Shown piece after piece: positions 40,060 through 50,432 of a stretch of 64,000 bases of DNA. The stretch is from assembly GCA_050947035.1 (NCBI GenBank), contig JBMNVW010000002.1, positions 4,820 to 68,819 on the forward strand, read 5' to 3'. The DNA comes from Patescibacteria group bacterium. GTDB lineage: Bacteria > Patescibacteriota > Microgenomatia > 0-14-0-10-38-17. The translations under genes and the position numbers were made by a program. Under the pieces are notes generated by a model, which did not search any database, was not told the origin of the DNA, and saw only the letters and a list, made by a program, of their open reading frames with translations. How positions within the stretch are numbered: position 1 is the stretch's first letter; every line of letters begins with the position of its first letter.

Positions 40060-42450
40060 TCACCTTGAGTCCTGCTGAGCGGGCAATAATTTATCTCTTG
40101 TTTCTGTTTCATCAGCTATTTGACCAAAACCCTCTTCCTTTCTATCTCCATCAATAAAATACTCCTCTTCTGTCTTTTGACAACTTTTTCCCTCCTCATC
40201 CCAAGATAAACAAACCGGCCGACTAACTATATTTTCAGGAAGCAAAAATTCTTCTGGCTCTTCCTGAACCAACAACGTCTCCATTATTCGACGCCAAATC
40301 GGAGAAGCACCAGTCACCCCTGAGGCAATCCTTGCCATGGACGAATTATCATTATTCCCCACCCAAGCAGCCACTAACAAATCCGGGCTATAGCCAATGG
40401 TCCAATTGTCTCGCAGGTTATTGGTGGTGCCAGTTTTAACGGCTACTTGATATTGAGGAATATTAATAATAGAGTTGGCACCAAAAACAGGGCTTCGAGC
40501 TTGGTTGTCAGACAAAACACTGGTTAACAACCAAGCTACTTGAGGCGAAATTACTTGCTCCCCACAAGAAGTATTGTCTGATTTTGCTCGAACAGCAAAG
40601 GTCTTGGGGTTAATCTTGGCTTCTTCAAGGCAAGGATTAGCCCAAATAAGCTTGCCCTTGCGATCGTGAACTTTAATAATGGTCTGCAAAGGAGCTTTAA
40701 GGCCGCCATTAGCCAAAACTCCATAAACAGTGGCTAATTCTTTCATTGTCACCTCTCCTCCTCCTAGGGTTAGGGATAAACCAAACTGGTCATCATCCGA
40801 CCAACTGGTAATCCCCATTTTATGACCCAAAGAGATCATCCGATCAACCCCCAAAGAGGCCAAAACCTTAACCGCCGGAACATTATAGGAACAGGCTAGA
40901 GCCGTTCTTAAAGTCATCAGACCATGAAAACGGTTATCATAATTGCTTGGTCGATAGGGAGGTTGACCAGGAAGCCTAAAACTAACCGGAGCATCTAAAA
41001 TGCGACTGGCTAAAGTATAACCATTTTGAAGAGCAAGAGCATAATTAACTACCTTAATTGTTGATCCTGGTTGCCTTGGAGCGACAGTAACATTAAAGTT
41101 TCCATCATTTTCAGAATCAAAATAGTCTCGTGAGCCAACCATAGCCAAAATTTCGCCTGTTTTGGGATTGGTGACCAGAGCGGCGCCATTGGTAACCCGA
41201 AAAGAAGTTAGCTTGGCCAACTCTTCCTCAATCGCCTTTTCAGCCATTTGTTGAGTCGACAAATCTAGGGTCGTGGTTACCTGTAATCCCCCCTCCTCAA
41301 CAAATCGATCACCAAAAATATCAGCTAGTTCTTGCTTAACTTGCATAACAAAATGGGGCGCCAGGATATTCTGATTAATATTCTTCAATCTAATCTCAGC
41401 GTTTTGGGCCCTTTGAGCCGCCCTATCAGTAATAAAACCTTTTTTTTCCATTTGGAATAAAACTTCTCTTTGGCGAATTTTAGCCAGTTGCGGTTGAGCC
41501 CCAAAAGGAGAATAGGTAGTGGGGGAAGCCGGCAAGCCCGCCAAAAGAGCCGCCTCGGCCAAATTAAGCTCTCTGGCTGATTTGCCAAAATAATATTGGC
41601 TAGCCTCTTCAATACCATAAGTTGCCCCACCATAACCAACTTCATTTAAATACATCTGTAAAATCTCATCTTTGGAGAATTTCGCCTCAACCATTAGGGC
41701 TAAAATAATCTCTTTTAGCTTCCGGCTCATTGTTCTTTCCGGCGATAAAAGAGCGTTTTTGACTAATTGCTGGGTGATCGTGGAGCCACCCTCAATCTTT
41801 CCTTGAGAAATCAAACGCCAAAAAGATCGACCAATGCCAGAAAAAGAAATCCCTCGATGTTGATAAAAATTACCATCTTCAATGGCAATAGTAGCCTCTT
41901 TAACAACTAGAGGAATCTCTTCTAGAGGAACCAGGGTGCGGTTTTGATGACGAAAAACTCGATAAAGCAAGTTTCCGTTTTGATCATAAATTCTTGTCGT
42001 CTGTTTAATATTCCTGGTAATTAATTTTTGCGGTTGAGGCAGATCCTTAAAAACCGACCAGCCAAAATAAATCAAAAAAAATAAAAAAACAACCAAAACT
42101 AAAAGGCGCAGTCGAAAAAGAAGAAAAATCTTCTTTAAAAAACCTTTAAAGGTAAATAAAAAAGCAAAAACCTTGTTTTTAAAAGAAAAAAACCAAACCT
42201 TTAGCCGTTTTTTCAAAAAGAGGGCTTTACCAAAAAGAAAAGAAAAGGGTTTTTTAAAACTAACCGAAAAAGCCTTCTTGATAAGGTCTTGGCTTACTTT
42301 TCCTAAAACCCTAAGAACCCACCTCAGTCCGGCTAAAAGGAGCCAAAAAAGGCGCAAAATAATTTTTAAAAGAAGAAAAAGAGGCCGGCCAAAAAAAACA
42401 AAACAGTCAACGACAAAAATTATTATTTGTTTTCTTTCCCCCGCCATCAA
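40060..42450 (-). CDS. Second class A PBP, paralogous to and convergent with the first; it has a long Lys/Phe-rich N-terminal tail.
   Basis: GT51 motifs (EDGNFYQHRG, GGSTITQQLVKN), transpeptidase motifs (STIKV, SYN, KTGTT), and about 45% identity to the neighbouring PBP across the conserved blocks. Confidence 0.85.
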   Translation of the reverse strand: MMAGERKQIIIFVVDCFVFFGRPLFLLLKIILRLFWLLLAGLRWVLRVLGKVSQDLIKKAFSVSFKKPFSFLFGKALFLKKRLKVWFFSFKNKVFAFLFTFKGFLKKIFLLFRLRLLVLVVFLFFLIYFGWSVFKDLPQPQKLITRNIKQTTRIYDQNGNLLYRVFRHQNRTLVPLEEIPLVVKEATIAIEDGNFYQHRGISFSGIGRSFWRLISQGKIEGGSTITQQLVKNALLSPERTMSRKLKEIILALMVEAKFSKDEILQMYLNEVGYGGATYGIEEASQYYFGKSARELNLAEAALLAGLPASPTTYSPFGAQPQLAKIRQREVLFQMEKKGFITDRAAQRAQNAEIRLKNINQNILAPHFVMQVKQELADIFGDRFVEEGGLQVTTTLDLSTQQMAEKAIEEELAKLTSFRVTNGAALVTNPKTGEILAMVGSRDYFDSENDGNFNVTVAPRQPGSTIKVVNYALALQNGYTLASRILDAPVSFRLPGQPPYRPSNYDNRFHGLMTLRTALACSYNVPAVKVLASLGVDRMISLGHKMGITSWSDDDQFGLSLTLGGGEVTMKELATVYGVLANGGLKAPLQTIIKVHDRKGKLIWANPCLEEAKINPKTFAVRAKSDNTSCGEQVISPQVAWLLTSVLSDNQARSPVFGANSIINIPQYQVAVKTGTTNNLRDNWTIGYSPDLLVAAWVGNNDNSSMARIASGVTGASPIWRRIMETLLVQEEPEEFLLPENIVSRPVCLSWDEEGKSCQKTEEEYFIDGDRKEEGFGQIADETETRDKLLPAQQDSR

Positions 42451-42512
42451 TTTATATTATAACAAGGGTTTGGGTTTATTAACCAGGCTTTTCCAATGCT
42501 ATAATACTTTTA

Positions 42513-43561
42513 TGAATAAACCCCCAACCCAACCTCAGGCAAGACAAAATCCTATTACTGGAGAGTGGGTAATTATTGCTCGTAATCGAGCTAAAAAACC
42601 TTCCAGCTTTATCAAAAATAACTTAACAAAAGAAAATCCAAAAAAGGATCAAAAAAATAACCTAAAATCAAAAAAAACCTGCCCTTTTTGCCAAATCTTA
42701 AAAAGAGAAACTCCTCTCCTGGTTCAATCCGAAGGCCAAGAACTTCCTATTCCTAATGCTCATAATTGGACTATTGTCGTTGTTCCTAATAAATACCCCG
42801 CCTTCATTCCCGCCAAAAAGCTTAATAAAAAAAGCGCCGGCTTTTACCAAACTATGACGGCGGTCGGTCATCATGAATTAGTTATTACCCAAGACCACCA
42901 ACAAACCATTGACCAAATGCCCGCTTCTTTAATTGAAGAAGTTTTTACTGTTTACCAAAAACGATATCTCTATCTTGCTAAACAACCCCATATTAAATAT
43001 ATTTCTATTTTTCATAACCAAGGACCAGAGGCTGGTGCCTCAATTAGCCACCCCCACTCCCAAATTATCGCCATTTCCGTCACCGATACCGACATTAAAA
43101 AAAACCTAAAAGGTAGCAAAAAATTTTGGCAGAAAAATAATTCTTGCCTTCACTGTCAAATTATTGCTGACAATAAAAAAAATCCTAATCGAGTTGTTTG
43201 GGAAAATGACTCTTTTATTATTTTCTCGCCTTTTGCCCCCAAAAGTGCCTTTACTTTACAGATTTATCCTAAAAAGCACCAAGCTTATTTCGAAAAAATT
43301 AATCAAGCAGAAATTAAACAATTGGCCGAAGCTTTTAAGGTGGCCTTAAAAGCAATAAAAAAGGGTTTGGGCAACCCGGATTATAATTTTTTTCTTCATA
43401 CTGCTCCCTGTGATAAAAAAAATTACCAATACTATCACTGGCACTGGCAGATCATGCCTAAAACCCAAATTTGGGCCGGTTTTGAATTAGGAGCCGGTAT
43501 GGAAATCTTGACTATTTCCCCTGAAGAGGCGGCCAAATATTTGAGAAAACAAATAAAATAG
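42513..43561 (+). CDS. Galactose-1-phosphate uridylyltransferase-like (HIT superfamily, GalT family) nucleotidyltransferase. The start was moved to the Met of MNKPPTQ.
   Basis: Active-site motif SHPHSQII and the histidine/cysteine cluster CPFC...H. The listed 113-aa N-terminal extension is low-complexity and overlaps the PBP gene. Confidence 0.65.
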
Positions 43562-43777
43562 TTAAAAAATAAACCATTGCTAAATTGCTACATTGTTGAA
43601 TTGCTGCGCCCGCTAATCGCCTGAAACACAAAAATAGTATTTAGTATCTGGTATTTAGTATTTAGGAAAAAGAGGTGTCAAAAAACAGTTCAGGGTTAAA
43701 AATTAAAAGCAAAAAACTAGTTGGTTGACAATCAAAGATCGAAAATTGAAAATTGAAAATTAAATAAGGGATGTTTC

Positions 43778-44773
43778 CTAGTTGCTGTTTCTAATAGCTG
43801 TCCAAATTGTTTTAGTAATTTCTTCTAAAACCGTTTGAGCCCGATCTTGGGAATCACCCTGGCTCATAATCACCAAAATAAAATCACCCTTCTCAGTAAA
43901 AATAATCGCCGCATCGTGAAGCAAGTTTTCATCCAGGCCAATTTTATGGGCAACAACCAAATCCTCCGGCAAAACAGACGGAATTTGATCGTTAAAAATA
44001 GTATTAGTTAAAAAACCAATAAATTCTTGGCTATGAGACGAGGTCAACATCTTTCCCTGATGAAGAGAAGCTAAAAACTGGCCCATGTCCTCGGGGGTAG
44101 TTTTCCCAGCTAGATAATCAGTTCTTGATAATTCTAAAAAATCAATCAAAGCTTGAATCTTCTCTTCTCCTAAATTATCAGCAATAACGCTTATGGCCGT
44201 ATTGTCTGATTGTTCAACCGCCAATTTTATCAAAGCTCGATAAGTATAGATCGTTCCTTCCGGCTGAAGATGAACACTGCCGTTACCAGGTAATTTGTCC
44301 TCTTCTTTTAGCTGATATTCGGCCGTCAAATCAAATTGTCTTTTCTCCGCCTCTTTATAGGCAGTAGCAATAACCGGTAATTTCATTAATGATGCCCCAG
44401 GAAAAATTTCTTGGTGATTAATTCCAATCGCGTTTTGGTTCTCAATTTCCAATAAATAAATTCCATAAATACCACTCTCTTGATCAACAAATTCTAACAA
44501 TTCTTCTTGAAGTTCTTTTTGCCAAGGGGTTGGTGTTGGCACGATAATTGTTGGCGAAAGCTCCTCTGTTCTAAGATCGTCAATTTTTACCACTTTAGGA
44601 GCAGAAATCCTTTCCCAAAAAGAAGGCAAGAGGCTTGATAGGTAAAAAATCATCGCCAATCCCGTCGAAGCCAACAAAAGAATTAAAACTACTCGTCCTG
44701 AAGACTCCTCTTGTTGGTCTTTTTCCTTTTTATTAGTAATTTTTTTCTTAAAAATCTCTTTTTCGGCAAACAC
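43778..44773 (-). CDS. Class A beta-lactamase-like serine hydrolase, membrane-anchored.
   Basis: S-x-x-K motif (ASLMK), SDN motif (EQSDNTA), and a K(T/I)G motif (HKIG). An N-terminal transmembrane segment is present. Confidence 0.7.
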   Translation of the reverse strand: MFAEKEIFKKKITNKKEKDQQEESSGRVVLILLLASTGLAMIFYLSSLLPSFWERISAPKVVKIDDLRTEELSPTIIVPTPTPWQKELQEELLEFVDQESGIYGIYLLEIENQNAIGINHQEIFPGASLMKLPVIATAYKEAEKRQFDLTAEYQLKEEDKLPGNGSVHLQPEGTIYTYRALIKLAVEQSDNTAISVIADNLGEEKIQALIDFLELSRTDYLAGKTTPEDMGQFLASLHQGKMLTSSHSQEFIGFLTNTIFNDQIPSVLPEDLVVAHKIGLDENLLHDAAIIFTEKGDFILVIMSQGDSQDRAQTVLEEITKTIWTAIRNSN

Positions 44774-44849
44774 TTTTTATTAAAATTTCTAATTTAAAAT
44801 TAAATATTGGTCCAATAAGACCTATCAGACTAATGTCATTTTTAATTTT

Positions 44850-44887
44850 GGAATTCGGGCACTCACATGGGAGTGCCCCTACTTTCG
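44850..44887. repeat. Family-C hairpin overlapping the stop of the PfkB kinase gene.
   Basis: The sequence ggaattcgggcactcacatgggagtgcccctactttcg has a 9-bp perfect stem, ggggcactc / gagtgcccc. Confidence 0.6.
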
Positions 44888-45832
44888 ACTTTTACTTTGA
44901 GCCCCGCCAAATTTCTTTAACCTTTCCTCCAGCTCTTTTTTGCTTAATAATCCCGCCTTAGGCCCAATCTGACCAATAACTGACAGTGACTCAATCATGC
45001 CAATCTTGACGGCTTCCGGCAAGGATTTTCCCCATATTAAACCGGCGACCAATCCCGTTGAAAAAGCATCTCCGGCTCCCGTGGCATCAATCACTTTCCC
45101 CTCTAGGGCTGGTTCTTTTGATATTTTGCCAGACTGATAAAAATAGGCCCCCTGCTTACCACAAGTAACAATAACAATTTCTGGACCAGCGTCTTTTATT
45201 TTCTCAAGATAATCTTTCCCCCAAAAACTCTTTGCCTCCTCTTCATTAAGAATTAAAACTTTTACTTTAGGAAAAATTTTAGCCAATTCCTCCTGATGAA
45301 CTAACTCTAAATTACCCGGATTTAAAACTGTTGATATTTTATAAATTTTAGCCTTATCAACCACCTCTTCTAATAAAGCAACATTGCCCTCAAGAGAAGC
45401 CAAGTATAGCCATCGCGTCTGTGACAAGGCCTTAAAGGGAAAAATGTCTTTGTCAACTCTAGTTTGACCTCTGAAAGTAAGGATAATTCTTTCTCCTGTG
45501 GACGACAACAAAATGGTCGAAAAGTCGGTTTCTTCACCATTAATCTGCCTTAAATAGGCCTTGTCAAACTCTTCTTCGGCCAAGCCTTCTTTCAGCCAGT
45601 TTCCTGCCCAATCATTACCAAAGCGAGCTACACAAGCGCAGTTTAGGCCTAAACGGGAAAAACCAGCCGCCGTGTTGGTCCCACCGCCCCCCACGGCCAT
45701 AACCCTTTTGGCTACCTCAACTTTACCTCCTGATAAGACCAAAGACTCCCGACCCCGATCGTCAATAACAAAATCATCAGACTGTAAAAAAACATCAACG
45801 GTGGCTGAGCCAACAGTAATAATATCGTACAT
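44879..45832 (-). CDS. PfkB-family carbohydrate kinase (ribokinase-like).
   Basis: DATGAGDAF motif and a GG-containing N-terminal sugar-binding region. Confidence 0.8.
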   Translation of the reverse strand: MYDIITVGSATVDVFLQSDDFVIDDRGRESLVLSGGKVEVAKRVMAVGGGGTNTAAGFSRLGLNCACVARFGNDWAGNWLKEGLAEEEFDKAYLRQINGEETDFSTILLSSTGERIILTFRGQTRVDKDIFPFKALSQTRWLYLASLEGNVALLEEVVDKAKIYKISTVLNPGNLELVHQEELAKIFPKVKVLILNEEEAKSFWGKDYLEKIKDAGPEIVIVTCGKQGAYFYQSGKISKEPALEGKVIDATGAGDAFSTGLVAGLIWGKSLPEAVKIGMIESLSVIGQIGPKAGLLSKKELEERLKKFGGAQSKSRK

Positions 45833-45858
45833 GATAGTTAAAAATTAAAAATTCAAAA

Positions 45859-46617
45859 TTAAAAGTTAAAAACAATTTCATTTAATTTCTTGGCGACTTC
45901 TAGCGGATCATCGGCCTGCCAAACATTACGACCGACAATTAGTCCGTCAGCACCAGCGGTCATTATTTCCTCAGCTAAACCAAAAAAATCTTTCTTATCG
46001 GTCTTAGGCCCCCCCTGAACGGTCACCTTAAGTCGACCAGCGGCTTTGATTACCCAAGAAAAACTATTTGGATCACCGGTATAGGGTAATTTAGCTACCT
46101 CGGCTCCCATTTCTAGAGCTAATCTAGCCGCATAAGACAAAATTTCCCGACTGTATTCTTTGCCCTTAACCGCTTTTCCTCGAGGATACATCCAGCCAAT
46201 TAAGGGAATGCCAGCCTGATCAGCCTCTCGGCCAATTTTGGCAAATTGACTCATCATCTTTTTCTCGTGCTTGCTACCAACATAAACGGTATAACCAACT
46301 GCTTTTGCCCCCAAGGAAATAGCCTCATCTACCTGACATAATTGAGGTGAATAGGGCTCCTCGTCTAAAAGATTAGTTTTTCCGTTGAGCTTAATAATCA
46401 GGGGAGCTTTATTTTTTCCTGGTTGATAATATCGCTCGGCTACTCCTTTTTGCAAGGCAATACCAGTAAAATAACCACTATCCGCCAAAGATAAAACCTT
46501 CTCCGGATTAATATTTTCCTGATTAAAATCGGCGGTGCCATGTTCCATACCATGGTCATAAGCCAAAATTAAAAATCGACCTTTTTTGCTAATTGACTTT
46601 AAATTATTCCTTTCCAT
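45859..46617 (-). CDS. Class I fructose-bisphosphate aldolase of the archaeal/DhnA type.
   Basis: The sequence LILAYDHGMEHG..., a conserved Schiff-base lysine context (IIKLNGKT), and a (beta/alpha)8 barrel length of 252 aa. Confidence 0.7.
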   Translation of the reverse strand: MERNNLKSISKKGRFLILAYDHGMEHGTADFNQENINPEKVLSLADSGYFTGIALQKGVAERYYQPGKNKAPLIIKLNGKTNLLDEEPYSPQLCQVDEAISLGAKAVGYTVYVGSKHEKKMMSQFAKIGREADQAGIPLIGWMYPRGKAVKGKEYSREILSYAARLALEMGAEVAKLPYTGDPNSFSWVIKAAGRLKVTVQGGPKTDKKDFFGLAEEIMTAGADGLIVGRNVWQADDPLEVAKKLNEIVFNF

Positions 46618-46627
46618 CGATTTATTG

Positions 46628-47548
46628 TTATCCTAAAAATTTTAGTACTTCTTTTTTAATAGCGTTTTTAGTTAAACCATATTTTTTATAGAGGTCTTCT
46701 GGTTTTCTGGCTGACTGGCCAAAGCAATCAGGGATACCAATTCTCTTAACTGGAACCGGGCAATTGGCGGCTAAAATCTCACTAACCGCTGACCCTAATC
46801 CGCCAATAATAGAGTGCTCCTCAACCGTTATCACTCGACCAGTTTTTTTAGCCGAATTAATAAGAGTTTTTTCATCCATTGGTTTTATAGTGGCGCAATT
46901 AATTAATTCAATGTCAAAATCATTCGTCCAATCTAAAAGACGAGAAATAATCGGACCAGTAGCAATAAGAGTGGCTTTTTTACCAGAATTTAATATCCTG
47001 GCTTTACCAATAACAAAATTCTCTTTTTGATCAACAGAGGCGGTTTTATCACGACTAATTCTAATATAAACTGGCCCTTGATATTTGGCGGCAGCAAAAA
47101 CTGCCGATCGAACTTGATTAGCATCAGCCGGAGACAAAATAACCATTTCCGGCAAAACCCTCATTAGGGCTAAGTCCTCGATTGATTGAGCCGTCGCTCC
47201 ATCACCGGCATTAGAAAAGCCCAGGTGAGAACCAACCAGTTTTACATTAGCCCTATTTTGACAAATAGAAACTCTGATTTGATCAAAGGCCCGCCCCGGA
47301 ATAAAAACCGCAAAAGAAGATAAAAAAGGAATAAATCCTTCCATGGCCAGCCCGGCCGCCACCCCAACAGCATTTTGTTCAGCTACCCCCAAATTAAAAA
47401 ATCGATTCTCTTCTAGTTTTGTGGCTAGCTTTTCTATTCTGGTTGATGAGGCCAAATCTGGGCTTAGAGCCAAAATCCGCTCATCTTTTTTTGCCAACTC
47501 TAATAATGCTTCCCCATAGGCATCTCGTTGTGATTTTAGTTTGACCAT
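46628..47548 (-). CDS. Transketolase, C-terminal subunit (split transketolase).
   Basis: Pyrimidine-binding and C-terminal domains (GVAEQNAVGVAAGLA, GPVYIR). Confidence 0.85.
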   Translation of the reverse strand: MVKLKSQRDAYGEALLELAKKDERILALSPDLASSTRIEKLATKLEENRFFNLGVAEQNAVGVAAGLAMEGFIPFLSSFAVFIPGRAFDQIRVSICQNRANVKLVGSHLGFSNAGDGATAQSIEDLALMRVLPEMVILSPADANQVRSAVFAAAKYQGPVYIRISRDKTASVDQKENFVIGKARILNSGKKATLIATGPIISRLLDWTNDFDIELINCATIKPMDEKTLINSAKKTGRVITVEEHSIIGGLGSAVSEILAANCPVPVKRIGIPDCFGQSARKPEDLYKKYGLTKNAIKKEVLKFLG

Positions 47549-47640
47549 ACCTTAAAATTTCTAATTTTTAATTCTTAATTTCTAATGATTAAAACAATGT
47601 TTGTTCTTTCGACTTTAAAATATTAACTCGTCTTTATCTA

Positions 47641-48468
47641 TCAACTGCCTCCTAGCTCCTTCATGGCTTGCCGATATTCCTCTTCGGACAAGACACCAGA
47701 ATGAAACCGTTTCTTATTTTCCATAAAAGAAACGCCTCGCCCTAAAATGGTCTGAGCAATAATAACGCTAGGGGTTCGATGAGAATCTTTGGCTTGACAA
47801 AGAGCGTGAAGCAATTCGTCATAATGGTGGCCGCTAATAATAAAGACTTCCCAACCAAAGGCTTTATATTTCTCTGCTAAAGACTCTAAAGCCAATAATG
47901 ATTCTGTTTCGCCACCAATTTGCATTCCGTTGCGATCGATAATGTTAACTAAATTACCTAGCTCTTGATGGCTAGCCGTCAAAATCGCTTCCCAAGTTGA
48001 CCCTTCGTTATGCTCTCCATCTGAAGTCAAGCAATAAACATTGTGATGCTCCCCTTTAATTTTTGCCGACAGGGCTCGGCCAACTGCTACTGATAAACCC
48101 TGACCTAAAGACCCACTAGACGAGTCGAGTAAGGGCAAAAAAATCTTACTTGGATGACCTTGAAGAGGAGAACCCAAATCTCTTAAAGAACCAAGCTTAT
48201 CTTTATCAATAAGACCGCATTCGGCTAAGACAGCATAATAGGCCGGACAAACATGACCATTAGATAAAATAAACCGATCCCGACGAGGATCTTGATGATC
48301 TTGGCAGTTATAACGAATAACTCCCCCAAAAAAAAGAGCCACCAAAATGTCCATTGAAGAAAAAGATCCGCCTAAATGACCAGAACCAGACTGGTGAATC
48401 ATTTTAAGAACCTGTCGACGGAGTTTTGTCGCTTTTTCTTCTAGTTTAGGAACGGGAAGATTCGACAT
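47641..48468 (-). CDS. Transketolase, N-terminal (TPP-binding) subunit.
   Basis: SGHLGGSFS and GSLGQGL TPP-binding motifs. Confidence 0.85.
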   Translation of the reverse strand: MSNLPVPKLEEKATKLRRQVLKMIHQSGSGHLGGSFSSMDILVALFFGGVIRYNCQDHQDPRRDRFILSNGHVCPAYYAVLAECGLIDKDKLGSLRDLGSPLQGHPSKIFLPLLDSSSGSLGQGLSVAVGRALSAKIKGEHHNVYCLTSDGEHNEGSTWEAILTASHQELGNLVNIIDRNGMQIGGETESLLALESLAEKYKAFGWEVFIISGHHYDELLHALCQAKDSHRTPSVIIAQTILGRGVSFMENKKRFHSGVLSEEEYRQAMKELGGS

Positions 48469-48533
48469 TAGTTATTAATATACCATAGGATAGGTTAAAA
48501 TAGAAACAATTAAGGTTTTGTTTTCACTAAAAA

Positions 48534-49148
48534 ATGGTTGCCAAAGAAGTTATTTTTGATTTAGAAACAAAAAAACTTTTCGATGATATTCCGGGACGAA
48601 ACCCAATTAATTTAGGAGTCTCAATTGTTTCTCTTTATCAAAGAACTCTAAACCAAAATCTAGAGGAGGAAGATGGCCAAATAATTAGTTTCTGGGAGAA
48701 AGATTTAGACCGACTTTGGCCAATTTTTTCTTGGGCTGATCGAGTCATTGGCTTTAACTCGGTTAAATTTGATGTTCCCGCTCTTCAAGCCTATGCTAAC
48801 AAGCCCCTATCTTCTCTCCCCCACTTTGATATCTTAGAAAAAATAAAACTTGCTTTTGGTAAAAGAATTAGTCTAAACAACCTGGCCCAAGTCAATCTTG
48901 GCAAAAAGAAAGTTGATGTTGGCTTCAACGCTGTTAAATATTACTATCAAGGTGATCAAGAAAGCCTAAAAAAATTAAAAAAATACTGCGAGATGGACGT
49001 ATTAATAACTAAAGATCTTTATGACTTTGTTTTAAGAAAGAGGGGGTTAAAAATTCCTGACCGAAAAACAAAAACAGCTTCCTGGCTTGACTTAGATTTT
49101 TCTTATCCTAAGTCTTTTTTCACCATTAGCCAAGAAAAATTATTTTAA
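48534..49148 (+). CDS. RNase H-like / DnaQ-like 3'-5' exonuclease-fold protein.
   Basis: Exo I-like motif FDLETK, Exo III-like motif YCEMDV, and a length of 204 aa. Confidence 0.45.
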   Translation: MVAKEVIFDLETKKLFDDIPGRNPINLGVSIVSLYQRTLNQNLEEEDGQIISFWEKDLDRLWPIFSWADRVIGFNSVKFDVPALQAYANKPLSSLPHFDILEKIKLAFGKRISLNNLAQVNLGKKKVDVGFNAVKYYYQGDQESLKKLKKYCEMDVLITKDLYDFVLRKRGLKIPDRKTKTASWLDLDFSYPKSFFTISQEKLF

Positions 49149-49151
49149 TTC

Positions 49152-49688
49152 TTAAATCAGTTCTTTAACTGCTGAAAGAGCCTCTTTTGGGCTATTGACA
49201 ATTCGATAAACTTGTTTTTCTTTCTCTCTGATTAACATGTTTTTAGCCAAAGCCTCAATTACTTCGTGCCAAAAAGAACCATAAAAAACCATTGGCTTAT
49301 GATTACCAAAATAAAGCCTAGCCAAACCCCAAGTCATAGCAAACTCTGATAAGGTGCCCGTACCGCCATTAAAAATTACATAAACTTCTCCCAACTCGAT
49401 TAGCTTCATCGTTCGCTCGATATAGCCTTCTAGAACTAACAGCTCATCAACTTTATTTTTCGGATCTTGGCCTTCAAAAAAGGTCATTCCTTTAGGATCA
49501 AATGTTGCCCCAATTACCCTGCCGCCACCGGCATGAGCCCCCTCAGTTGAAGCCCTCATTACCCCTGGACCAGCTCCATTAACAATATCAAAACCGGCCT
49601 CGGCCAATAATTTACTGGTCTCAAAAGCCACCTGATAAAGCGAATCGCCCGGCTTGGCTTCTGAATAGCCAAAAATGGTTATCTTCAT
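49152..49688 (-). CDS. LOG-family protein (TIGR00730; cytokinin riboside 5'-monophosphate phosphoribohydrolase-like).
   Basis: The motifs GAGPGVMRA and GGTGTLSEF. Confidence 0.8.
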   Translation of the reverse strand: MKITIFGYSEAKPGDSLYQVAFETSKLLAEAGFDIVNGAGPGVMRASTEGAHAGGGRVIGATFDPKGMTFFEGQDPKNKVDELLVLEGYIERTMKLIELGEVYVIFNGGTGTLSEFAMTWGLARLYFGNHKPMVFYGSFWHEVIEALAKNMLIREKEKQVYRIVNSPKEALSAVKELI

Positions 49689-49760
49689 TTAAGTTTATTG
49701 GTCATATTGGTCTTATAGGACCTATATTAAAACTTTAAATTTTAAACTTTGCCTTTACAC

Positions 49761-50420
49761 TTACTTGCTACTATTCACTATTTTCTCTAGCCTTCTTATC
49801 GCTCCAATCGGATCTTTGCTTTCCCAAAGCGCACTGCCAATATAGAATTCTTCTGCGCCCATTTTATGACAAAAGGCCAAGCTTGTCTTGTCCACCCCAC
49901 CATCAACACCAATTTTAAAAAACCACCGCTCTTTCCCCCGCCAAACCACCATGTCTTTAATTTTAGGCAAAATTTGTGGGTCAATCTCTTGACCAGAAAA
50001 ACCCGCCTCTACTCCTAAGAGCAAAACCTGATCAACCATGTCTAGAGTCTGTTTATCTAATTTAGATATTTTTGTTTTTAAATCAAGAGCCAAGCCCGCC
50101 AAAAAACCTTTTTCTTTAGCCTGACGAATAAATTCAATTTGAGAAGGCATTGCCTCGATTTGAGCAGTAACTAAATTTGTTTCTCCCGGCCAATTTTGCT
50201 TATCTAGATAAGCAGCTGGATCTTCAACCATAAGATGAAAATCAAGTAAAAAATTGTTTTTTTTTGCTAATCCCAATAGATCGCTGGGGGTAATAGTTTT
50301 ATTTGAGGCAAACTTACCATCAACAACATCAATTTGAACCCGATCAACTTGGCCTTTTAAAAAAGAAAGTTTTTTTTCAACCTGATCAATATCGGCCGTT
50401 AAAATCGTGGGAATAATCAT
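49761..50420 (-). CDS. rpe: Ribulose-phosphate 3-epimerase-like protein.
   Basis: The motifs IIPTILTAD, DVVDGKF, DFHLMV, GVDGGV and GSAL align with the Rpe barrel. Confidence 0.65.
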   Translation of the reverse strand: MIIPTILTADIDQVEKKLSFLKGQVDRVQIDVVDGKFASNKTITPSDLLGLAKKNNFLLDFHLMVEDPAAYLDKQNWPGETNLVTAQIEAMPSQIEFIRQAKEKGFLAGLALDLKTKISKLDKQTLDMVDQVLLLGVEAGFSGQEIDPQILPKIKDMVVWRGKERWFFKIGVDGGVDKTSLAFCHKMGAEEFYIGSALWESKDPIGAIRRLEKIVNSSK

Positions 50421-50432
50421 AAAAAAATAAAA

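Noticed and set aside
42173-42512. N-terminal 113-aa extension of the GalT-like ORF overlapping the second PBP gene.
   Set aside because: It is lysine-rich low-complexity translation of an A-rich spacer. The conserved GalT-like domain begins at the Met of MNKPPTQ (42513), which also removes the gene overlap.
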